DNA of 64,000 bases, from positions 576,001 through 640,000 of the forward strand of contig OY843768.1 of assembly GCA_963693095.2 (NCBI GenBank), given 5' to 3'. This document shows positions 41,207-50,628 of the stretch, piece by piece. The stretch comes from Cenarchaeum sp. Lineage in GTDB: Archaea; Thermoproteota; Nitrososphaeria; Nitrososphaerales; Nitrosopumilaceae. Position numbers and translations under genes: made by a program. Within the stretch, counting starts at the first letter, position 1. Each line of letters begins with the position of its first letter. The notes beneath the pieces were generated by a model that saw nothing but the letters and a program-made list of their open reading frames with translations, had not been told where the DNA came from and searched no databases.

Positions 41207-41748
41207 TGCGCGCGCTAAAGGAGTGGTCATCGGTGGTTCGCGCGCTAGAGGAGGGCACGCAGAGCGTCATACTTCGCAAGGGCGGAATTCACGACGATGA
41301 GGGCGGCATCACGTTTGGCAGCGGCACATTTGCGCTATTCCCGACACACGAGCACCAGGACGCCTCGGCCATAAAGCCGGACTTTCGGCACTATCTTGGG
41401 GACGGCGTGCCGCACGGCGACTCGTTCAACACGGTTCGCTCGTACGCCACAGTCATCGCGACATCCGAGGTCTGGCCTGGCCCGGCACTCGATGCGCTCT
41501 CGCCGATGCACATATGGAGCGATGACTATGTCTCAAAGCGCGCGGCGTGGAAGCCCGAGAGGCCAATATGGGCGGCCCTATTGCGCGTTCACAAGGCCGC
41601 CGAGTCGCGAGTCCAGACCGGTCCAGAGCACGCCGGATGCAAGTCGTGGATCGACGTTGGGTGCGAGCTCGGCGGGGGCGAGCCGGCACTCGGGGACAGT
41701 GAGGCGGCGTCTGCGCGTGAGGCCTTTGAGGTGGCACTCGCGAAATGA
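41206..41748 (+). CDS. DUF1802 family protein
   Basis: ALKEWSSVVRALEEGTQSVILRKGGI...FALFPTHEHQ...GCKSWI. Confidence 0.9.
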   Translation: MRALKEWSSVVRALEEGTQSVILRKGGIHDDEGGITFGSGTFALFPTHEHQDASAIKPDFRHYLGDGVPHGDSFNTVRSYATVIATSEVWPGPALDALSPMHIWSDDYVSKRAAWKPERPIWAALLRVHKAAESRVQTGPEHAGCKSWIDVGCELGGGEPALGDSEAASAREAFEVALAK

Positions 41749-42734
41749 AGTACAGGAGGCTTGGGCGCAGCGGCATTCGCGTCTCGGAGATCGGCTTTGG
41801 CGCATGGGCCATAGCCATGGACTGGTGGGGCAAAAAGATCGAGGAGGACGAGGCGATTCGCATGATAAGGCGGGCATATGACCTCGGAATCAACCTCTTT
41901 GAGACTGCTGACATGTATGGCCGCGGCAAGAGCGAGCGCCTCCTTGGCCGCGCGCTAGATGGCGTGCGCGAGGAGGTCGTCATATCGACAAAGTACGGAT
42001 ATGACTTTGCCAACGCCGAGCAGATCGGCCACTCGGAGCTCCCGCAGTCCTTCTCTGAGGACTTTACGCGCGCTGCGCTGCGCGCAAGCCTCGAGCGCCT
42101 CAGGACAGACCACGTTGACGTGTATGGCATGCACAACCCAAAGATAGGGCATATCAGGGACGACTCGATATTCGCGACGCTCTCGTCGATAATATCAGAA
42201 GGCCGTGCGCGCGCAGGCCAGGTCGCCCTCGGGCCCGCTATTGGCTGGACGCGCGAGGGCATTGAGGCGATGGACAGGCCCGAGGTCTCGGCAGTCCAGA
42301 CAGTCTACAACATACTCGAGCAGACGCCGGGCAACGAGCTTGTGGAGCGCGCCTCAGACGCTGATGTCGGCATCCTCGTCAGGGTTCCGGACGCCTCGGG
42401 CATACTGACGGGCAAGGTGGGCGCAGACACAAAGATAGACGAAAAGGACCACCGCTCCGTCAGAAAGGGCGAGTGGATACGCGCATCGCTGGCAAAGGTC
42501 GAGGAGCTTCGCCCGATAGCCGAGTCCAACGGCCTCCGAATTGACGAGCTCGCCATAAAGTTCCTCCTCTCGCGCAGCGCAGTCTCCTCTGTCCTGCCGA
42601 CCGTGGTGAGCGAGGCGGAGATCGAGTCGTTTGCCGCAATGTCTGACGGGAAGGGCCTTGGGGCATCTGACATGGACGAGATTGCGCGCCTCTACTCGTC
42701 ATGGCCGGCGTACGACCTAAAGGCCTCCGCATAG
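41745..42734 (+). CDS. Aldo/keto reductase
   Basis: YRRLGRSGIRVSEIGFGAW, ETADMYGRGKSE, STKYG, SLERLRTDHVDVY.MH, YNILEQ. Confidence 0.93.
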   Translation: MKYRRLGRSGIRVSEIGFGAWAIAMDWWGKKIEEDEAIRMIRRAYDLGINLFETADMYGRGKSERLLGRALDGVREEVVISTKYGYDFANAEQIGHSELPQSFSEDFTRAALRASLERLRTDHVDVYGMHNPKIGHIRDDSIFATLSSIISEGRARAGQVALGPAIGWTREGIEAMDRPEVSAVQTVYNILEQTPGNELVERASDADVGILVRVPDASGILTGKVGADTKIDEKDHRSVRKGEWIRASLAKVEELRPIAESNGLRIDELAIKFLLSRSAVSSVLPTVVSEAEIESFAAMSDGKGLGASDMDEIARLYSSWPAYDLKASA

Positions 42735-42782
42735 GGGTACAACTGTGGGTCAAAATCAAACGAGATGGTCTGTTGGGCTGTC

Positions 42783-43088
42783 CTACCCGAACAGTGACGA
42801 GAGGCCCTCAATGGCCTGCTCCTCGGACTTTGCGTCCTTTTTGGCCTCGGCCTTGGCATCATCGCCCTTTGCGGCCGGTGCTGCCTCGGCTGCAGGCGCT
42901 GCGGCCACCGCCACGGGGGCGGCCTTTACGGCCTCGTCGATGTTGACGTCGGCCAGGGCAGCCACTAGTGACTTTACCTGGGCCTCGTTAACCTCGGCAC
43001 CTGACGCCTTTATGACGCTAGAGACGGTCTCCTCGCTGACCTCCTTCTTTAGCTTGTGAAGGAGGAGCGCGGCATAGACGTATTCCAT
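42783..43088 (-). CDS. rpl12: 50S ribosomal protein L12 (P1/P2 type)
   Basis: MEYVYAALLLH, Ala-rich hinge, EEQAIEGLSSLFG C-terminus. Confidence 0.97.
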   Translation of the reverse strand: MEYVYAALLLHKLKKEVSEETVSSVIKASGAEVNEAQVKSLVAALADVNIDEAVKAAPVAVAAAPAAEAAPAAKGDDAKAEAKKDAKSEEQAIEGLSSLFG

Positions 43089-43111
43089 TTTCAACGCGAC
43101 GCTCGAACGGC

Positions 43112-43122
43112 TTTATATAAAA
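43112..43122. promoter_or_regulatory. TATA box (TTTATATAAAA) for rpl12, potentially bidirectional
   Basis: AT tract ~25-30 nt upstream of the rpl12 start, in otherwise GC-rich sequence. Confidence 0.7.
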
Positions 43123-43140
43123 CTATGGCGTTATGGGCAG

Positions 43141-43248
43141 GTATGAGGCCAGCACCTCTGCCCATTCATGCCTAGACAGGCGCCGAAATGGCAAGTAGAT
43201 CGACAGGATCACGCCTATTTGGCCAAATGAGGGGTGCTAACCTCATAC
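43141..43248. mobile_element. 108-bp MITE-like element, 18-bp imperfect TIRs, 9-bp target-site duplication
   Basis: Left end GTATGAGGCCAGCACCTC versus reverse complement of the right end GTATGAGGTTAGCACCCC (15/18). TATGGGCAG is repeated directly at 43132-43140 and 43249-43257. Confidence 0.75.
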
Positions 43249-43399
43249 TATGGGCAGGCCTGCCCTATACGAAAAGTAGTGGACTGGGCGAGAACGCCTG
43301 CCTGGCGCAGATCCTGGAGCCCCGGAGGGCCGGCGGGTTCGACAGGCTGCCAAAACAAACGTTTGGGGGCCTCCGGCGCGGGCAGGCCACGCCAGTCAG

Positions 43400-43607
43400 G
43401 AGGCCGGACGCGCGGGCGCTTCGGTACGTGGCAAGGACGCTGGCGATCCGGAGCGCCGGGAAGGTGGCGCAGGAGCTCGGGATTTTCCGGTCGTGGGCAT
43501 ACGAGCTGCGCGCGCACTGCCGGCAGACCGACGCGCCGCCGGAGCCGCTGCCGGTGGGGAGGCCGCGCAGGGAGATCACGCGGGCGCAGGGTTATGGCGT
43601 TTGCTAA
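43400..43607 (+). pseudogene. Transposase N-terminal helix-turn-helix remnant (IS481/IS630-like)
   Basis: ALRYVARTLAIRSAGKVAQELGIFRSWAYELRAHCRQT...PVGRPRREIT is an HTH followed by GRP, typical of transposase N-termini. No DDE domain follows. Confidence 0.5.
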
Positions 43608-43781
43608 ACGTCGCAAACTAGACAGGGAGATCGGGCGCTATGTCGGGGATGCCATATGATCTTGGATCGGATGAATGGCCAAAAGATCAGGGCTATGGCA
43701 TGAGAACATCAGTTTCATCAACCTCTTTATCTTGAAATGTTTGTGGCCTTTGGCCTGCCATGGGCTACGCATTCAGGGGCA

Positions 43782-44315
43782 CTACGCGCGTGGGCTTGCG
43801 ATCCCATGATCTTGCAGCACGCCGGCAATTCCTGATGCGTCATCGAGGCGCGCATAGTCTGCGAGGAGAGACTCGTTTAGCTCGTAAAACGTGTGCCCCC
43901 ACGCAAACCTGGCGAGTATGTCCTGCGCCCATGTGTCATCTCCCAGGATAAAGAGCGCTGCGGCCATGGCCTCGGCCGTGGTGAGGAATCCGATCCTGGA
44001 ATAGTTTACGGGGTTTCCGGCCATCAGCGGCGGGAGGCTCTTGCGCGATGCCATCGTGGTGGACGCAAAGACGCCGTCGGCGAGGCGCCATGAGCAGTCT
44101 ATGGCAGTTATCGATCCGGTGGAGCGCGCATCGCCGCGCAGCAGGACGCTCTCCGAGTATGGATCCAGCACAACAGCGCCACTGCTGCGCGGTGCGTGGC
44201 GCACGCCTCGCGCAATGCCGAGGCGAACCATCTTGGCGGCGGTGCACTTTTTTGGATCGTCCTGGCGCATGAGAACTACTCCGAGGTGCACTCGCCGCGG
44301 CTGGCCACGTGGCAT
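43782..44315 (-). CDS. tsr3: rRNA aminocarboxypropyltransferase Tsr3 (DUF367)
   Basis: QDDPKKCTAAKM, IDCSW, LPPLMAGNPVNY, LTTAEAMAAAL, FAWGHTFYELN. Start is ATG 44315 or a GTG slightly downstream. Confidence 0.93.
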   Translation of the reverse strand: MPRGQPRRVHLGVVLMRQDDPKKCTAAKMVRLGIARGVRHAPRSSGAVVLDPYSESVLLRGDARSTGSITAIDCSWRLADGVFASTTMASRKSLPPLMAGNPVNYSRIGFLTTAEAMAAALFILGDDTWAQDILARFAWGHTFYELNESLLADYARLDDASGIAGVLQDHGIASPRA

Positions 44316-44316
44316 G

Positions 44317-47300
44317 TCAGGGTGTCTGGGTCGTGTAGACGACCTTGTGCGTGAGCTCCGCGTCGCCAGCATTGCCTGCCTCGACTGTCCACTCTGAGTC
44401 TGGCAGCGAGCCTCCGCGCTCCATGGGTATGATGGTGAGCTTTACCGGCCCTGATCCGTCGCCGCTGTACCTGACGCTAAAGTCGTGCGCCCCTATGCTG
44501 ACCGTGCGATAGAGCGAACCGGCAGACCTCGTCGGGCCGTCGACTAGGCATCCGGTCGACGATCCAATGACGCATGTTCCGTCCACGTGCGTGAGGCTCA
44601 GCGAGGCGCCGGTTCCGGCCGGCGCATGCAGCGTTGCGACTATCGAGCGCGGCAGGAGGATCGTCCCGCTCACATCGCGCGCCACGACCGAGATCGACGC
44701 AGTCGTCCCGTCAGCATCACGCTCCTCGACTATGCGCCGCGGTGGCTCTGCGCCCGTGGCCGCATCAGAGGGCTCGGCGAGGCTGACACTCGTCGCCTTG
44801 ACGTCCATGGGCACCTCGCCAACGTAGAACGTGTCGCGCGCCTTGTCTCCCCTGTACGTCGCAGTCACGACGTATGCGCCGTCGGCATATATGCCGGGCG
44901 TCATCCTCTCGCTTATCTCGAACTCGCCTGACCTGTCTGGCGTGACGAACGTCTCGTTGCGCATGTTGCGCGGGTTGTTCGCATCGGCGATGACCACCCT
45001 CACCTGGTCATTGGCCGGATAGGTGTAGCTGCCCCTGGCCTCAGGCACGTCTGCCGTGCCAGTTATCATGACCACCGAGCCGCGCTCGTGTGAGTCGCCC
45101 TCGACATTGATCGTCACCGGAGGCCGGTCCCCGTCATCACCCTCGACCCCGCCGACCCTAAAGACAAGCTCGCGCGCCTCGTTTGTCGAGGCGACCGTGA
45201 GGAGATATGGCCCCATGTTGGACTCGTGCCTCTCTGTCGGCGTCTGCCATCCCCACTCGTACGTCCCGTCCTCGCCCACCGTCACTGATGAGGACGTGCT
45301 CTTGCCGTTGGGCCGGAGTACTGTCACGTCTAGTGCGCGTATGTCGACTACTGCGGACGTCAGGCCCGTGAGCCTCACGCTGTCGCCAAACGTGAACGCC
45401 TTGCGCTCAAGCTCTGCGGTAAAGTGCGCGCCCTCTAGGTCTCGCGGGTCATTTATGATGATCATCTTTGTCGCAGAGTGCTCGGGCTTGTTTGAGATCG
45501 ACTTTGTGTGGTATGTGCCCACAAAGTCGTACTCTACGCTGGACTCTATCCTCTCGCCAACCGTGTTCTCCCTGACCGAGCCGAGGACAGACTCCACTGT
45601 GCCGCGAATGTACATGGCAGTCACCTTGTACTCGCCGGGCTCAAAGACGCCGCGCTCCACGGTGTTTGTCACATAATAGTTGCCGGCAGCGTCAGGCGAG
45701 GCGGACAGGAGGAGGGCGTCTGAGGGATCCGCGCCCTCTGCGAGGAACCTGACTATGACGATCGCCGTCTGGTACAGTGGGTCAAGCTCGCCTAGCGCGC
45801 CAGAGATGATGAACTTGCTGCCAATGTCGTACGAATCGGCGTCCGTGCGTATGGAGAACTCGCTGTCGGTGTGCAGCTCGGGGTCTTCCACAACGCGAAA
45901 CGACGTCGATGCCGAGTGTGGCCCGTCTGTGGCCGAGACTGTATAGCGGCCAATCCTGTCAGGGTCATCCGGTATGGAAACCTCGTGGTCAAACCGGCCG
46001 TCCGGCATTGGCTTTAGCTGCTTGAACACGACAAACTTTGACGCCGGCGTGACTGCGGTGTTCTGTATCTGCTCAATGTTCAGCATCACCGTGTCGGCCC
46101 ACACCCTGTTGACCCTGCCGTCAATGCTCACGATGTCGCCAATCCCATAGACGGGGCTGTCTGAGGCAAGCGATATGTCAGTGTCCTCCTTTACGTCCCT
46201 GTCTAGCGCAAATGCCGTAGATGCCGCAAGCGTGCCGTAATTGCCCACTATCGAGTAGGAGCCGTACACGGGCTTGATCGTGCTCATATAGATCGTGCCG
46301 GCAAACTGTACCCCGTCTGCCCCAAAGCCGCCCTGCGCGGAGTCTCGCTGCACGCCACTGGGAAACAGCACGCCCTTGTCGATCACCGTTCCCCTGGGGT
46401 CGATGACGTCGTACTCGAGGCCCTCTAGCGCAAAGGTCTGGCTTGACACGGCAAGCACGCCGACCTTGTCACCGGGCAGGTATGACTCTGTATCGGTCCG
46501 CATGGCGAGGCCCTCGATTGCCTCCTCGGGCTCTGGCTCGGGCTCGTCACTCGCCACGGTAAACGACGTTGCCGCAGTGCTCCCAACGTACTTTGCCACG
46601 ACATCATAGACCCCAAGCCCTGTCCCGAGTGCCTCGCGCAGCTTTATGCTCGTTTCGTACCGGAGATCCTCTCCGGGGGTTATTGATGTCACGCTCGTAT
46701 AGTCTGTTCCGTTGACCGTTATCTTTACGTGCGCAGGCAAAAAGAACGCCGTTGACTCGGGGCGAATTCCGCCGACACTTCCGCTTATCGTCACCGTCTC
46801 GCCGGGCTCATACATATCCTTGTTTGTGGCCACGTGAATGGAGATCGTCTCGGGCACCTCGCGCTCAGTGGACTTTCCATTGGACGTCCCGCGTGTGTAT
46901 ATGTCAAAGTGCCAGTCATTGCGTGAGTCTGTGTCAAGGGCATCGTGCTTTCGCTGCCATGTGTCAAGGTTGTCCTCAACGTCAATGAGCTGTGGCGTTT
47001 CATCCACTATCTCCCACTGCAGGTTGCGCAGTATGGCCGACTCGGCAACGTTGACAAACCACTCGCCGGTTCTTGTGAACGTAAAGAACTGCTCTGGCCG
47101 AAGCACGACGCCAGACGGAATGGTCGTTGTCGTTTGCGTGACGCCAGAGGTCACGGTCCAGCCCCCGACGTCCACTTTGGAGGACGTTGGGTTGTATATC
47201 TCCACCCACTCAAACGTGTTAAAGCCGTCCTCGCCAAACGGGTTGATCTCAATCTCGTTGATCACAATGCGTCCCTCGTCCTCTCTTGCCATGGCCGCAG

Positions 47301-47613
47301 TACCTGCGGCATCCCGCATGGAGTCATCCTCGCCCTCGTGCGTGTGCTCCTCCTCGCCCTCGTGCGTGTGCGGCTCAGGGTCACCCTCGTGCGTGTGCTC
47401 GTCTGCGTCATGCGTGTGCGGCTCAGGGTCACCCTCGTGCGTGTGCTCTTCTTCGCCCTCGTGCGTATGCGGCCCCGCATCGCCTTGCTCCATGGCCATG
47501 GCCGGATCCGCAAGCTCGACTGCCTGCTGCCCCGCATCCTCCTGGGCGAGTGCTGAGGGAGTGGCTAGCGCAATGGCTAGGACCACCATGGACATGAGAG
47601 CTGCCGGTGTCAT
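44317..47613 (-). CDS. Secreted lamin-tail-domain protein with tandem Ig-like repeats and N-terminal His/acidic repeat
   Basis: Signal peptide (…LAIALATPSALA), lamin-tail motif IVINEIEINP...EWVEIYNPT...VDVGGW, repeated 'T....Y..G..V.ISG...G.Y.V.A.Y' modules. Confidence 0.82.
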   Translation of the reverse strand: MTPAALMSMVVLAIALATPSALAQEDAGQQAVELADPAMAMEQGDAGPHTHEGEEEHTHEGDPEPHTHDADEHTHEGDPEPHTHEGEEEHTHEGEDDSMRDAAGTAAMAREDEGRIVINEIEINPFGEDGFNTFEWVEIYNPTSSKVDVGGWTVTSGVTQTTTTIPSGVVLRPEQFFTFTRTGEWFVNVAESAILRNLQWEIVDETPQLIDVEDNLDTWQRKHDALDTDSRNDWHFDIYTRGTSNGKSTEREVPETISIHVATNKDMYEPGETVTISGSVGGIRPESTAFFLPAHVKITVNGTDYTSVTSITPGEDLRYETSIKLREALGTGLGVYDVVAKYVGSTAATSFTVASDEPEPEPEEAIEGLAMRTDTESYLPGDKVGVLAVSSQTFALEGLEYDVIDPRGTVIDKGVLFPSGVQRDSAQGGFGADGVQFAGTIYMSTIKPVYGSYSIVGNYGTLAASTAFALDRDVKEDTDISLASDSPVYGIGDIVSIDGRVNRVWADTVMLNIEQIQNTAVTPASKFVVFKQLKPMPDGRFDHEVSIPDDPDRIGRYTVSATDGPHSASTSFRVVEDPELHTDSEFSIRTDADSYDIGSKFIISGALGELDPLYQTAIVIVRFLAEGADPSDALLLSASPDAAGNYYVTNTVERGVFEPGEYKVTAMYIRGTVESVLGSVRENTVGERIESSVEYDFVGTYHTKSISNKPEHSATKMIIINDPRDLEGAHFTAELERKAFTFGDSVRLTGLTSAVVDIRALDVTVLRPNGKSTSSSVTVGEDGTYEWGWQTPTERHESNMGPYLLTVASTNEARELVFRVGGVEGDDGDRPPVTINVEGDSHERGSVVMITGTADVPEARGSYTYPANDQVRVVIADANNPRNMRNETFVTPDRSGEFEISERMTPGIYADGAYVVTATYRGDKARDTFYVGEVPMDVKATSVSLAEPSDAATGAEPPRRIVEERDADGTTASISVVARDVSGTILLPRSIVATLHAPAGTGASLSLTHVDGTCVIGSSTGCLVDGPTRSAGSLYRTVSIGAHDFSVRYSGDGSGPVKLTIIPMERGGSLPDSEWTVEAGNAGDAELTHKVVYTTQTP
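47323..47469 (-). repeat. Coding His-Thr-His repeat (6 units)
   Basis: HTHEGEEE-HTHEGDPEP-HTHDADE-HTHEGDPEP-HTHEGEEE-HTHEGEDD. Confidence 0.9.
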
Positions 47614-47838
47614 GTGTGCTCGATTTCTATGATCAGGTATATAACCCTTAGAGCGTCTCCCCGCCTAGCATTCCACTGCCGTATGGCAGGACGCTAGGAT
47701 CTTGGGCGTCTTGCGCACGGGATGTCCGGCCCAGTCGGCAACAATAATAACGCCGGGCATGCGCGCAGCACGCATGGGAGAGCGTAGCGTCACCGGCGCG
47801 TGCACGCTCGCGGCTCACGCGCGGATGGTGTGCCCCGC

Positions 47839-49431
47839 ATGACAAAGCTCATCTTTGTGACAGGCGGCGTGATGTCTGGCCTCGGCAAGGGCGTCGTCTC
47901 CTCCTCCATCGCCAAGCTCCTGCAACTCTCAGACCAGCGCGTCTCTTGCATAAAGATCGACCCATACCTAAACTATGACGCCGGCACGATGAACCCAGTG
48001 GCCCATGGGGAGGTCTTTGTGACCGAGGACGGGGGCGAGTGCGACATGGACATTGGCAACTATGAGCGCTTTCTCAACCAGAACATGACAAAGTCGCACA
48101 ACATCACGACATCGCAGGTGTACTCGTCGGTGATGGAAAAGGAGCGGCGCGGGGACTATCTTGGAGCGTGCGTCCAGATCATACCGCATGTCACAGACGA
48201 GATAAAGTCGCGCATACGAAAGACGGCCGAGGACGAGTCCCTTGACATGCTCGTTGTGGAGTGTGGCGGAACTGTCGGGGACATTGAGAGCCTGCCGTTT
48301 CTTGAGGCATTGAGGCAGATACGCGTGGAGGACGGCCCGCAGAATGTCGCATTTGTCCATGTCACGCTTGCGCCATCGCTTGAGGCCGTGGGGGAACAAA
48401 AGACAAAACCGACACAGCACAGCGTGCAGGAGCTTCGGCGTATAGGCATACAGCCAGACTATGTCGCCGTGCGGTGTGAACAGGAGCTCGAGGGTTCCAC
48501 AAGGAAAAAGATTGCGCTCTTTACAAACGTTCCAGAGGGCGATGTCCTCTCGTGCCACGACGTGAGCACGATATTTCGCGTGCCGCACGAGCTGTACGGC
48601 CAGGGCATTGTGGACTCTATGTTCAAAAAGTTCGGCAAGGTTGGCCTCGTCAACACGTCTGGCCTCTGGACCGACTGGTCGTCCATAGTCGACTCGTTGG
48701 CCCCACAGGGAGACGCCGTCCGCATAGCCATGGTCGGCAAGTATGTCACTCTAGCTGACAGCTATGTCAGCGTAAACCACGCGCTCCACCACGCCGGCGC
48801 GGCCATCGGGCGCAAGGTCGAGATTGATTGGCTTGACTCTGAGCATCTCGACGAGGGCTCGCTTGGCGGATATGGCGGGATAATCGTGCCGGGCGGGTTT
48901 GGCACACGCGGCGCCGAGGGGATAATCGCCGCCGCCGAGCACGCGCGCCTCACAAACACCCCGTACCTCGGGATATGCTTTGGGTTCCAGCTCGCCGCAG
49001 TCGCCTTTGCGCGCGGCGCGTGCGGAATCAAGGGCGCAACGTCCACGGAGCTCGACGAGTCGGCCTCCGAGCCAGTCGTGGGCCTGCTCCCCGAGCAGCG
49101 CGACGTGGACGGCATGGGCGGCTCGCTGCGCCTCGGTGCCCACGAGATCGAGCTAACAGCCGGCTCGCGCGCCGAGTCGATATACGAGACGGGCGGCATA
49201 TCGCGGCGCCATCGGCACCGCTACGAGTTCACGCTTGACTATCGCGAGCGCTTTGCGCAGGCCGGCATGGTCTTTAGCGGCCAGAGCGACTCTGGCAGGC
49301 GCATGGAGATCCTCGAGATACCAAGGCACAAGTTCTTTATCGGCGTGCAGTTCCATCCAGAGTTTAGCAGCAGGCCGGGCGCGCCAGAGGGCGCATTTGG
49401 CGCCTTTGTCGCAGCCGCAGCCGGCGCCTAG
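47839..49431 (+). CDS. pyrG: CTP synthase
   Basis: [63 protein letters not shown]. Confidence 0.98.
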   Translation: MTKLIFVTGGVMSGLGKGVVSSSIAKLLQLSDQRVSCIKIDPYLNYDAGTMNPVAHGEVFVTEDGGECDMDIGNYERFLNQNMTKSHNITTSQVYSSVMEKERRGDYLGACVQIIPHVTDEIKSRIRKTAEDESLDMLVVECGGTVGDIESLPFLEALRQIRVEDGPQNVAFVHVTLAPSLEAVGEQKTKPTQHSVQELRRIGIQPDYVAVRCEQELEGSTRKKIALFTNVPEGDVLSCHDVSTIFRVPHELYGQGIVDSMFKKFGKVGLVNTSGLWTDWSSIVDSLAPQGDAVRIAMVGKYVTLADSYVSVNHALHHAGAAIGRKVEIDWLDSEHLDEGSLGGYGGIIVPGGFGTRGAEGIIAAAEHARLTNTPYLGICFGFQLAAVAFARGACGIKGATSTELDESASEPVVGLLPEQRDVDGMGGSLRLGAHEIELTAGSRAESIYETGGISRRHRHRYEFTLDYRERFAQAGMVFSGQSDSGRRMEILEIPRHKFFIGVQFHPEFSSRPGAPEGAFGAFVAAAAGA

Positions 49432-50432
49432 GGCGTGTGGGCGAGCTCATAGATGCCCTGCCTAGAGTCCCTGTCCGAGACGCGCCTGTTCACGTGGCCG
49501 TTGTCGATGAGGTTCCTTAGGGCAAAGCGCATCGTGCGCGCCGGCAGCATTGTCCTCGACGATATCTCGCGCAGCGTCATCGGCGTGCCCCCGTACTCTA
49601 GGGCCTTTAGGATTAGCTTTGCGCTCGGCGACATCTTTAGCAGGTCACCGGCGAGATCAACCTTTTTTGCGAGGCCAGACATTGCGGATATGGCAGTGCC
49701 CATGCGCACAATGTTTGCCGTGTGGTCCATCCTCGTGCATTTCACCCTCTCCTTGACGGCAAGGCGATCAATGCCGTCAAGGACAACCTCACAGTGCGTC
49801 TTTGAGGATATTCCGACTATCTCTATTGAGCTGGTGTCCGGAACAATGACTGGGCGTCGCGTCACGTCAAGCGAGTTTACCGAGACGATTCCAAATGCGC
49901 GCGTGCTGGGAAATATCACCGGCCCGCCGGCTGACATTGAGTATGCCGAGGAGCCCATGGGAGTTGCCACAATTATGCCATCCCCGTTGTCGTGCCAGAC
50001 CTCCTCGCCGTCGACCCTGAGCTCGTGCTCCATGAGCATCGCGCTCTTTGAGGCAAAGACGGCCACGTCGTTGAGGGCCGGATGCACGCGCTTTCCGTCA
50101 ATGCTCACCCCTATGCGCGGCATCGCATCAACGTCATACTTGCGCGCGGCAAGCCCGTCGATGTGCGAGCGCAGGCTCTTGACGTCGAGGCTTGCTAGGA
50201 GCCCGGCGGACTCGCCCTCGCCTAGGCCGAGCACGGGAACCTCCGAGAGCGGCCTGTCATGAAAGTAGGCGCGCACTCCCCTGTCGCCCCCTAGGACGAC
50301 GACAATGTCAGCGCTGTCGGCGTCTGCCTTTCGGGCACCAATGACGAACGCGTCAATGCCGCCCCACTGCAGCTCGCCTACTATGGCCTTGGGCGTCGTG
50401 CGCGTGCCCTGGCCGTATACCCCCACCCTCAT
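49428..50432 (-). CDS. nadK: NAD(+) kinase with C-terminal winged HTH
   Basis: LGGD, ALND, GDGIIVATPMGSSAYSMSAGGP. C-terminal SPSAKLILKALEY...REISSRTMLPARTMRFALRNL HTH. Confidence 0.88.
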   Translation of the reverse strand: MRVGVYGQGTRTTPKAIVGELQWGGIDAFVIGARKADADSADIVVVLGGDRGVRAYFHDRPLSEVPVLGLGEGESAGLLASLDVKSLRSHIDGLAARKYDVDAMPRIGVSIDGKRVHPALNDVAVFASKSAMLMEHELRVDGEEVWHDNGDGIIVATPMGSSAYSMSAGGPVIFPSTRAFGIVSVNSLDVTRRPVIVPDTSSIEIVGISSKTHCEVVLDGIDRLAVKERVKCTRMDHTANIVRMGTAISAMSGLAKKVDLAGDLLKMSPSAKLILKALEYGGTPMTLREISSRTMLPARTMRFALRNLIDNGHVNRRVSDRDSRQGIYELAHTP

Positions 50433-50628
50433 CTGGACGCGGCGCTGTGGCGTGGGTGGTATATTTGGATCCCGCGCCCAACGCCGGCATGGGCGTGGTT
50501 TTGGCACTCATGGCATGCCCACGCGCGCGCCGCGCCATGGGCATTCATGCGTCCGGCCCCGGCGCGGGCGCACCCTGGACCACGTGGCTCATCTACACAT
50601 AATAACTCGCGCCCTGGGCCTCGCGGCG

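Noticed and set aside
43124-43601. Second 9-bp direct repeat TATGGCGTT (43124, 43593) as TSD of a larger element
   Set aside because: No convincing terminal inverted repeats inside it.
49428-49640. HTH fused to NAD kinase as a novelty
   Set aside because: To my knowledge this fusion is usual in this archaeal lineage.
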